Origin: an uncultured Desulfobacter sp. | GTDB lineage: Bacteria; Desulfobacterota; Desulfobacteria; Desulfobacterales; Desulfobacteraceae | DNA length: 64,000 nucleotides | Assembly (NCBI GenBank): GCA_963665095.1 | Contig: OY762069.1 | Location: 4,032,001-4,096,000, forward strand | Direction: 5' to 3' | Shown here: piece after piece, positions 56,438 through 64,000 of the stretch | Layout of the letters: each line of letters begins with the position of its first letter | Numbering within the stretch: the first letter of the stretch is position 1 | Program-made: the position numbers and the translations under genes | Notes under the pieces: generated by a model | The model's database searches: none | What the model saw: only the letters and a program-made list of their open reading frames with translations | What the model was told of the DNA's origin: nothing

Positions 56438-59404
56438 CTATTTAACGGATAAAAATGCCTCTAACCGGTCAAACTCCCGGCTTATTTCTGCAACCAGGTC
56501 ACCTGTGTTTTCACATTGACCTGATCTGATCTCCGTCTCCAGCTTTGCTGCAGCACCGGCCAGTGCATCCATGCCCATATTGGCTGCACCGCCCTTTATT
56601 TTATGGACTTCCTCGGCGACAATTCCGGCCATGTTTTCAGCCAGCGCCTTTTTCATGGTTTCAATTTGTGTCCGGCCGTGGGTCAGGAAATGGGCCAGCG
56701 TGGACAGGAGGACCTCCTCTGCACCCATGAACGCTTCAAGGGCCAGGGCATAATTGAGGGGCGGCTTTTCGGTGTCGTCCAAAACCTCATTTCCGGCAGG
56801 CACAACCTCTTTCGTTTGCTGGTCATCACTTAGCCGGGAGGCCAGAAAAGCCTGAAGGGACTTTTGTGTTACCGGTTTGGTAATGAAATCATCCATTCCT
56901 GCCTCAAGACAGTGATCTTCATCACGTTTCTGGGCGTTTGCCGTCATGGCGATGATGGGCGTTCGCTCTCTGCCCTCTTGTTTTTCCATTTCCCGGATAA
57001 TCCGGGTTGCTTCCAGGCCGTCCATCACAGGCATCTGCACATCCATAAGAATCGCGTCAAAGTTCCCCTTTTGAAATGCATCAACGCCTTCCTGTCCGTT
57101 CTCAGCCTCTTCTACTTCAAACCCTGACATTTCGAGAAAAAAGACAGCCACCTGTCTGTTGGTAGGGTAGTCCTCCACCAGGAGGATGCGCTTTTTCAAA
57201 TTCGCTGATTCGGCAGCCGAATACCGCGTTACCAGGTCTGGGGCTTCCCCAGGTTCTGGTACGGGGCGTTTATTCATCACCACTCTAATGGTTTTTTCAA
57301 GAACGGAGGACGCCACAGGAAGATTCAAATAACCCGCAACCCCGATACGCCTGCTTTTTTTTCCGTCGCCTGTGTAACCGGCACGGACTGTCATTATAAT
57401 GGGTATATCCTTTATCTTTTCCAGAGTCATGATCTCTTCAGCCAGAATGAATCCGTCGGCATCCTCCAAAAAATCGTCAATCATGATCAAATCAACTGGT
57501 CCGGCCAGGCCTGGATTCCTCAGAAGGGTCAGGGCATCTCGGGCATACAGCACTGATTCAACCCGAAACCCCAGTTCCGATAGCTGTCCCAGATACGACA
57601 ACGGGGTACCCAGACGTCCCCCGACCACCAGAATCACGATCTGGTCGACACAGGCCTGTATCTCCCGTTTCATTGGGCGTTGTGCCAGTCCGAAATTTAC
57701 GGTAAACCAGAAAGTACTTCCCTCTCCGACCCGGCTTTCCACACCGATCTGCCCCCCCATCAGCTCAACCAGTTGTTTTGAAATACTGATGCCCAGCCCG
57801 GTTCCGCCGAACTTTCGGGTAGTGGACCCATCGGCCTGGGTAAAGCTGTCAAATATTGTATCAAGCTTGTCCTCATCGATTCCAATTCCCGTATCGGTCA
57901 CGGAAAACCGCAACTCACATCTTCCTTCCCGGCTGTCCGTTATTTCGCTGCTCAGTGAAAGCCCCCCGTCCTGGGTAAACTTCAGGGCATTTCCTGTAAG
58001 ATTCATGAGGATCTGACGAAGCCTGCCCGGATCCCCCATCACATACTGGGGGAAATCCGGTGACAGTGACATGTCAAATGACAGATTTTTTCTTTCCGCC
58101 TGGAAGGCCACACTCTTACCGATATCAGACAAAAGCAGCCTTATGTCAAAGGCGATGCTTTCGATATCCATTTTCCGTGCCTCGATTTTTGAAAAATCAA
58201 GAATCGTACTGATGATCCCGAAAAGCGCATGGGCCTCCCGGTTGATGGTTTCAAAAATATCCCTTTGTCTGTCTGTTTGAATGGTGGTGAGTGCGATTTC
58301 AGTCATACCGATAATCCCGTTGAGCGGGGTCCGGATCTCATGGCTCATGTTGGCCAGAAATTCACTTTTGGCCCGGCTGGCATCCTCCGCAGCCATCCGG
58401 GCCTCTTCCAGCGCCTGGTTGGCCGTTTTCAATTCCCGGGTCCTTTGATCCACCTGGGCTTCCACAGCAGCTGTGCGGTGTTTTTCCTCCCGAATGTACC
58501 ATCGCATCATAAACAATAGAAAACCCGTACACAGCACAAAGGAAATCAGCAATGACAAGGAGACGTAGAAGGCCGCTTTCCGCCCTTTCTCCATGATGGG
58601 ACGCCCAAGCGATGCAGATAACAAAACGGAAGGATGACCATAAATGTCATTAACCATGCCAAAAGCCCTTAACTGCTCCCGGTCTTCAGGGATAATAACG
58701 ATCTTTTCCTTCTCAACACGATCCAGTGAAGATTGTTCAAGATCCGTTAGTTTGTCCACACCGATTGTTTTCAGGGTAAATTCAACCTTGATCTGTTCCG
58801 CCAGGGAATCGAGCATCTCTTTTGTGGCCAGGCGCCCCATGATCAGGTCTCCGGTAGTGGGTCCGTTTCCCATGCTGTCCAGAATCGGGGCACAAACCAC
58901 AAACATCAGGCCGTGATTTGTCACAAGAATGCCGGCTCTATCGTCTTTATCGGCCTCAAATAAACGGAATTGATCATAGACAGCCTCCATGGCCCGGCCC
59001 TTAGCATCCGTAACGGTGATATCTCCGCCCAATGCCTTCGCGAAACATTTTCCCCAGACCACCTTGCGTTGAGGGGTAATGATATAAATCAGGTTAATGC
59101 CGCCATTACTCTCCAGGGTATCCGCGGATATGAGATTGGAGTCGATATAGTTGGGGTTGCCGTCTTGGGCAAACTGGTATGAATCATCCCATACAGCCCA
59201 GTCGTATGCCAGTCCCATCAGATGCTGGATTTCGCGATGAACCGCATCGTAACACCGGGCGATATCCTTTCGGGCTTCTGTCTCTTCAAGTTCCCTAAAG
59301 CTTTGCAGAATCACCTGATTTTTCAACTGGTAATCAATGGCAGTATACGCCAGTACCAGGATGGCAAACACGACCACCCATATATATTTTTGCGCAGGGT
59401 TCAT
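56438..59404 (-). CDS. Hybrid sensor histidine kinase (CHASE4-HisKA-HATPase-REC-REC-HPt)
   Basis: DWAVWDD CHASE4-like periplasmic domain, [29 protein letters not shown] HPt. Confidence 0.93.
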   Translation of the reverse strand: MNPAQKYIWVVVFAILVLAYTAIDYQLKNQVILQSFRELEETEARKDIARCYDAVHREIQHLMGLAYDWAVWDDSYQFAQDGNPNYIDSNLISADTLESNGGINLIYIITPQRKVVWGKCFAKALGGDITVTDAKGRAMEAVYDQFRLFEADKDDRAGILVTNHGLMFVVCAPILDSMGNGPTTGDLIMGRLATKEMLDSLAEQIKVEFTLKTIGVDKLTDLEQSSLDRVEKEKIVIIPEDREQLRAFGMVNDIYGHPSVLLSASLGRPIMEKGRKAAFYVSLSLLISFVLCTGFLLFMMRWYIREEKHRTAAVEAQVDQRTRELKTANQALEEARMAAEDASRAKSEFLANMSHEIRTPLNGIIGMTEIALTTIQTDRQRDIFETINREAHALFGIISTILDFSKIEARKMDIESIAFDIRLLLSDIGKSVAFQAERKNLSFDMSLSPDFPQYVMGDPGRLRQILMNLTGNALKFTQDGGLSLSSEITDSREGRCELRFSVTDTGIGIDEDKLDTIFDSFTQADGSTTRKFGGTGLGISISKQLVELMGGQIGVESRVGEGSTFWFTVNFGLAQRPMKREIQACVDQIVILVVGGRLGTPLSYLGQLSELGFRVESVLYARDALTLLRNPGLAGPVDLIMIDDFLEDADGFILAEEIMTLEKIKDIPIIMTVRAGYTGDGKKSRRIGVAGYLNLPVASSVLEKTIRVVMNKRPVPEPGEAPDLVTRYSAAESANLKKRILLVEDYPTNRQVAVFFLEMSGFEVEEAENGQEGVDAFQKGNFDAILMDVQMPVMDGLEATRIIREMEKQEGRERTPIIAMTANAQKRDEDHCLEAGMDDFITKPVTQKSLQAFLASRLSDDQQTKEVVPAGNEVLDDTEKPPLNYALALEAFMGAEEVLLSTLAHFLTHGRTQIETMKKALAENMAGIVAEEVHKIKGGAANMGMDALAGAAAKLETEIRSGQCENTGDLVAEISREFDRLEAFLSVK

Positions 59405-59746
59405 ACATTGTCCTTCACTATATCAATGCACTATGCCTTACCACAATTCTGGTCTATTGCTCGCCGGTCAATGGAAATGACAGGAAAGCGCCATGCTCAA
59501 GCAGATAAATTGAATATAATGTCACATTATATCAATCATCATACCATGTTCCATGATTCCGGTGCAATATATGGTACAGCCTTGCAACTGCCGGTAAAAT
59601 TTAAAGTTCCATTTGTGCATACCGGTTTTTTTCACCCGGACACAACTGCCACCCCCCCCTTTGCAACCCGGGTTAAACCTTGACACAAAAATACTGTTCA
59701 GGCATGTTCTGATTATATGTAAATACAATTTACCGGTGAACAGGAC

Positions 59747-62629
59747 ATGGTCTCAAACAATAATTCCAAAAACGTGAACAGCCTCAGTGCCGTTGTTGAC
59801 GTGGAAAAGCTTCAGTCAATCATGAACGATTTTCATGAGTTGACCGGAATGACCACTGCCATTCTTGACATGGAGGGAAACATCATTGAAGCAACCGGAT
59901 GGCAGGATATCTGCACGAAATTTCACAGGATTCATCCTGAAACCGCTCAAAACTGTGCGGACAGTGATTTTCACCTCGTTCAGGACCTCAAGCCGGGGGA
60001 ATACAGGGAATATCAGTGTAAAAACGGGCTGTGGGATGTTGTGACGCCGCTGTATATCGAAGACAGGCATATGGGCAACATTTATACGGGCCAGTTTTTC
60101 TACAATGACGATGTCGTTGATAAAACCCGGTTTATCAAACAGGCAGAAAAATATGGATTTGACAAAGAGGAGTACATGGCCGCGTTTGACCGTGTCCCCA
60201 GATACAGCCGAAAAGAAATAAAGCATTTGATGCAGTTTCTTGTCAAATTCACCTCATATATTTCAAGCGTCAGTTATGCAAAACAAAAGCTGGACAAAGA
60301 GGTCGGTGAACGGAAACTGGCCCAAAGAGACCTGGCCGAGCAAAAAAACCGGCTTGATTACATTCTTCAGGGCACCAATGCCGGTACATGGGAATGGAAT
60401 ATCCAGACCGGAGAAATGATCATAAACGAACAATGGGCCAATATCATCGGCTACAGCCTTGATGAGATTACACCGTTCTCCATTAAAACCTGGAACGAAT
60501 TTTGTCATCCTGTCGACGAGAAAGAGTCGTCCCGGCTTTTACAGCTGTGCTTTGACAAAACGTCCCAATACTACGAGTATGCGTGTCGCATGAGGCACAA
60601 AAAGGGTCACTGGGTCTGGGTACTTGATCGGGGCAAGGTCATTACATGGACAGATGACGGAAAGCCGGAATGGATGTTCGGCACACACCAGGACATCACC
60701 AGGCAAAAGCAGGCGGAAGAGGCTTTACGATTTACCCAGTATGTTGTGGATGAAACAACAGACCAGGCATTCTGGATGACCAGGGACTGCAAGTTTTTTT
60801 ATGTAAACGACGCGGCCTGCCGGTCTTTAGGGTATACGCGGGAGGAACTTCTGGCCTTATCCCTGCCCGATATTGATCCCAATGCTTCCTTTGAATTCTT
60901 TGCTGAACATTGGCAGGCGTTACAGAAGGAAAAATTTATTGCTTTAGAGGCATTGCATCGCGCAAAGGATGGCCGCGAATATCCGGTGGAAATAAGGGCC
61001 AACTTTGTAGTTTTTGACGATGTTGAATACAACTGTGCTTTTGCAACCGATATTACTGAACGAAAACGGATGGAGCAGTCTTTAAAGGATGGGGAAAGAT
61101 TTCAGCGAGCCCTGCTGAAAACCATCCCTGATTTAGTCTGGCTGAAAGATGAAAATGGTGTTTTCATTACCTGCAACGCCATTTTTGAACGTCTGCTCAA
61201 TGCAAAGGAAGCTCAGATTATCGGCAAAACCGATTACGATTTTGTGGATAAAAACAGTGCAGATAAATTCCGGGAAAACGACCGCAGGGCGATTGCTGAA
61301 GGTAAGCCGCGCCGAAATGAGGAGTGGCTCACCTTTGCCGACAACGGCGAAAGGGTCCTGGTGGAAACCGTAAAAACACCCATGATGGATGAAAAGGGCA
61401 GATGTATCGGGGTCCTGGGCATCGCCCGGGATATCACCGAACGTAAAAGGGCTGAAGAAGAAAAAACAGAGCTTAGAAATCAGCTCCAGCAGGCCCAGAA
61501 AATGGAATCTGTCGGGCGGCTTGCCGGGGGTGTTGCCCATGATTTTAACAATATGCTTGGGGTGATTATCGGCTATAGCGAACTGGGCATAAGGCAGGCG
61601 CCTCCGGAATCCCAACTGCACAAAGCCCTGCAGCATATCATGACGGCGGCCAAACGATCCGCCGATATTACCCGCCAGCTGCTGGCCTTTGCCAGAAAGC
61701 AGACGGTTTCACCCAAAGAACTTGACATCAACAGTACCGTAAAAAGCATGACGGGTATGCTGCGCCGTTTCATTGGCGAGGATATCGATCTGGTATGGCG
61801 GGCCGGCAAAGAGGTCTGGCCGGTAAAGATGGATCCCGGCCAGATAGATCAGATTATGGTCAACCTGTGCGTAAATGCCCGGGACGCCATTGAGGATGTG
61901 GGGAAAGTGACCATTGAAACCGGCAATGTTCGCATGGACGAGACCTACTGCAACCATCATTACGAGTTTCTGCCAGGGGAGTATGTGCTTCTGGCCGTCA
62001 GTGACAACGGATGCGGGATGAAGCCGGAAATCCTGCAAAATATCTTTGAACCGTTTTTCACCACCAAGGAAGCAGCCAAAGGTACCGGGCTCGGATTGTC
62101 CACTGTATACGGCATTGTCAAGCAGAATAAGGGGTTCATCAATGTATACAGTGAACCCGGCCTGGGTACGACATTCAAAATATACCTTCCAAGGCACAGA
62201 AAAGAAGAGAAGACCCTTCCTGTCGAAGCACCGGAACAACCGGTTGAAAGCGGCCATGAAACCATCCTGGTCGTGGAGGATGAACCGATTATTCTTGAAA
62301 TGACAACGCTGGTGCTTGAAAGTCTCGGGTACAAGGTGATATCCGCAGGGACGCCTGGTGATGCTATTCTTCAGGGGAAAAAGCATAATGGTGATATAGA
62401 CCTGCTCCTGACGGATGTGATCATGCCGGAAATGAACGGGCGGGATCTTGCCCGGACGATTCAGGATCTCCACCCGAATCTGAAATGCCTGTTCATGTCC
62501 GGGTACACGGCCAATGTCATTGCGCATCACGGTGTTCTGGATGAAGGGGTAAACTTCATCCAGAAACCGTTTTTAAGGGGAGAGCTTGGAAGCAAAATTC
62601 ATGAAGTCCTGAGAAAGGGCAAACATTAA
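59747..62629 (+). CDS. Soluble hybrid histidine kinase (PocR-PAS-PAS-PAS-HisKA-HATPase-REC)
   Basis: N-terminal ICTKFHR..C..SD..YQCKNGL PocR motif, three PAS/PAC repeats, AHDFNN, FFTTK, GTGLGL, TDVIMP. Confidence 0.92.
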   Translation: MVSNNNSKNVNSLSAVVDVEKLQSIMNDFHELTGMTTAILDMEGNIIEATGWQDICTKFHRIHPETAQNCADSDFHLVQDLKPGEYREYQCKNGLWDVVTPLYIEDRHMGNIYTGQFFYNDDVVDKTRFIKQAEKYGFDKEEYMAAFDRVPRYSRKEIKHLMQFLVKFTSYISSVSYAKQKLDKEVGERKLAQRDLAEQKNRLDYILQGTNAGTWEWNIQTGEMIINEQWANIIGYSLDEITPFSIKTWNEFCHPVDEKESSRLLQLCFDKTSQYYEYACRMRHKKGHWVWVLDRGKVITWTDDGKPEWMFGTHQDITRQKQAEEALRFTQYVVDETTDQAFWMTRDCKFFYVNDAACRSLGYTREELLALSLPDIDPNASFEFFAEHWQALQKEKFIALEALHRAKDGREYPVEIRANFVVFDDVEYNCAFATDITERKRMEQSLKDGERFQRALLKTIPDLVWLKDENGVFITCNAIFERLLNAKEAQIIGKTDYDFVDKNSADKFRENDRRAIAEGKPRRNEEWLTFADNGERVLVETVKTPMMDEKGRCIGVLGIARDITERKRAEEEKTELRNQLQQAQKMESVGRLAGGVAHDFNNMLGVIIGYSELGIRQAPPESQLHKALQHIMTAAKRSADITRQLLAFARKQTVSPKELDINSTVKSMTGMLRRFIGEDIDLVWRAGKEVWPVKMDPGQIDQIMVNLCVNARDAIEDVGKVTIETGNVRMDETYCNHHYEFLPGEYVLLAVSDNGCGMKPEILQNIFEPFFTTKEAAKGTGLGLSTVYGIVKQNKGFINVYSEPGLGTTFKIYLPRHRKEEKTLPVEAPEQPVESGHETILVVEDEPIILEMTTLVLESLGYKVISAGTPGDAILQGKKHNGDIDLLLTDVIMPEMNGRDLARTIQDLHPNLKCLFMSGYTANVIAHHGVLDEGVNFIQKPFLRGELGSKIHEVLRKGKH

Positions 62630-62690
62630 TCCCCCTTGATGCCATGACAGCCGCTTCCTTCGGGACTTAATTTCTGTTTTGAAATCACAT

Positions 62691-64000
62691 TCAGGCCAGC
62701 ACAGGCACCAGATACCGGCCGGTATGGCTTTGGGGCGCGGCCGCCACTTTTTCCGGCGAACCTTCCGCCACGATGCGGCCCCCGCCACTGCCACCTTCAG
62801 GGCCGATGTCGATGATCCAGTCCGCAGTTTTGATCACGTCCAGGTTATGTTCGATAATCACCATGGTGTTACCGGCATCAGTGAGTCGCTGGAGCACGTC
62901 CAGCAGCATGCGGATGTCCTGGAAATGAAGCCCTGTGGTGGGTTCGTCCAGTATATAAAGGGTATCGCCGGTGTCTTTCCGGGCAAGCTCCCGGGCCAGC
63001 TTGATCCGCTGGGCCTCGCCACCGGACAGCGTTGTGGCGGCCTGGCCCAGTTTGATATAGGAGAGCCCCACATCCACCAGGGTATCCAGAATCCGGGAGA
63101 TCTTGGGATGGGCATCGAACAGCTCCCTTGCCTGGATAACGGAGAGATCGAGCACATCGGCAATGGAGTGGTCCCGGTACTTGATCTCCAGGGTGGATTT
63201 ATTGAACCGCTTGCCGTGGCACACGTCACAGGGAACAAACACGTCCGCCAGAAAGTGCATCTCCACCTTGAGATACCCGTCTCCCTGGCAGGCTTCACAC
63301 CGGCCGCCTTTGACATTGAATGAATACCGACCCTTTTTATAGCCCCTGGCAACGGATTCCGGCAGCAGGGCAAAGAGGTCCCGGATGGGGTCAAACAGCT
63401 TGGTGTAGGTGGCGGGATTGCTGCGCGGGGTCCGGCCGATGGGCTTCTGGTCAATGTTAATGACCTTGTTGATATGGGAGAGCCCGGTGATTTTCCGGTG
63501 CTTTCCCACACTCATCTGGGAGCCGTTGAGCTTGACGGCCAGGGCCGGGTAAAGAATCTGGTTGATCAGGGTGGATTTGCCCGCCCCGGATACGCCGGTT
63601 ACAGCTGTCAGCAGGCCCACGGGGATTTTGGCCGTCATATCGGCCAGGTTGTTGGCACAGGCGTTATGAATGGTGATCCACATATTGCCCATGGCCTGCG
63701 GGGTCCGGCGGGTTTTGGGCACGGCAATGGTTTCCCGGCCGCTTAAAAATCGTCCGGTCAGGGATGCAGGATTGTGCCGGATCTGTTCCGGTGTCCCCTG
63801 GGCCACAATCTCCCCGCCTAAATGCCCTGCACCCGGGCCGATATCCACAATCCAGTCCGAGGCCTCCATGGTCTCCTGGTCATGCTCCACAATAAGCAGG
63901 GTGTTGCCGATGTCCCGCAGATGTTTCAGCGTGGACAACAACTTGATGTTATCCCGCTGGTGAAGCCCGATGGAGGGCTCATCCAGAATATAGAGCACCC
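62691..64000 (-). CDS. uvrA: Excinuclease ABC subunit A, C-terminal part (5' truncated by window)
   Basis: [42 protein letters not shown] zinc finger, LSGGEAQR. Confidence 0.97.
   Translation of the reverse strand, partial: VLYILDEPSIGLHQRDNIKLLSTLKHLRDIGNTLLIVEHDQETMEASDWIVDIGPGAGHLGGEIVAQGTPEQIRHNPASLTGRFLSGRETIAVPKTRRTPQAMGNMWITIHNACANNLADMTAKIPVGLLTAVTGVSGAGKSTLINQILYPALAVKLNGSQMSVGKHRKITGLSHINKVINIDQKPIGRTPRSNPATYTKLFDPIRDLFALLPESVARGYKKGRYSFNVKGGRCEACQGDGYLKVEMHFLADVFVPCDVCHGKRFNKSTLEIKYRDHSIADVLDLSVIQARELFDAHPKISRILDTLVDVGLSYIKLGQAATTLSGGEAQRIKLARELARKDTGDTLYILDEPTTGLHFQDIRMLLDVLQRLTDAGNTMVIIEHNLDVIKTADWIIDIGPEGGSGGGRIVAEGSPEKVAAAPQSHTGRYLVPVLA

Noticed and set aside
59405..59746. Possible structured RNA between the divergent kinases
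   Set aside because: Only short imperfect stems and no recognisable RNA family consensus; best explained as a divergent promoter region
1..64000. CRISPR arrays, tRNA/rRNA genes, prophage genes, Sec/Pyl read-through
   Set aside because: No regularly spaced repeats, cloverleaf or rRNA signatures, phage hallmark proteins, or in-frame TGA/TAG splitting a recognisable domain were seen by eye

Overview
A 64-kb chromosomal window from an anaerobic deltaproteobacterium; gene content and style suggest a Desulfobacter-like sulfate reducer (inference only). Housekeeping and repair loci: pldA-sbcD-sbcC, ktrB-ktrA, SRP RNA, grpE-dnaK, lolA-nadA, radA-rlmE-yebC, a TPP-riboswitch thiamine-salvage operon (ABC transporter + thiD) and a partial uvrA. 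Four accessory modules stand out. (1) 12.9-22.3 kb: a sigma54-driven operon with a visible -24/-12 site and four enhancer palindromes. It encodes a Pot-like ABC importer, a small gene that appears to start at ATT, an 820-aa internally duplicated KamA-type radical-SAM aminomutase and a cytoplasmic M23-fold hydrolase, making it a candidate unknown amine/amino-acid catabolic pathway. (2) 35.6-42.1 kb: a four-gene candidate synthase-dependent exopolysaccharide system. It comprises a six-CxxC/degenerate-GGDEF protein with an intact RxxD I-site, a processive GT2, an outer-membrane-factor/GH18-like fusion and a HlyD adaptor. (3) 9.2-10.2 kb: an IS481-derived element with an intact ORF but an eroded catalytic motif and eroded IR tips. 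(4) 51-56.4 kb: a GltS-type symporter, two amidohydrolases and a TetR regulator. No CRISPR array, rRNA or tRNA was seen. All family calls come from reading motifs by eye; no database search was run.
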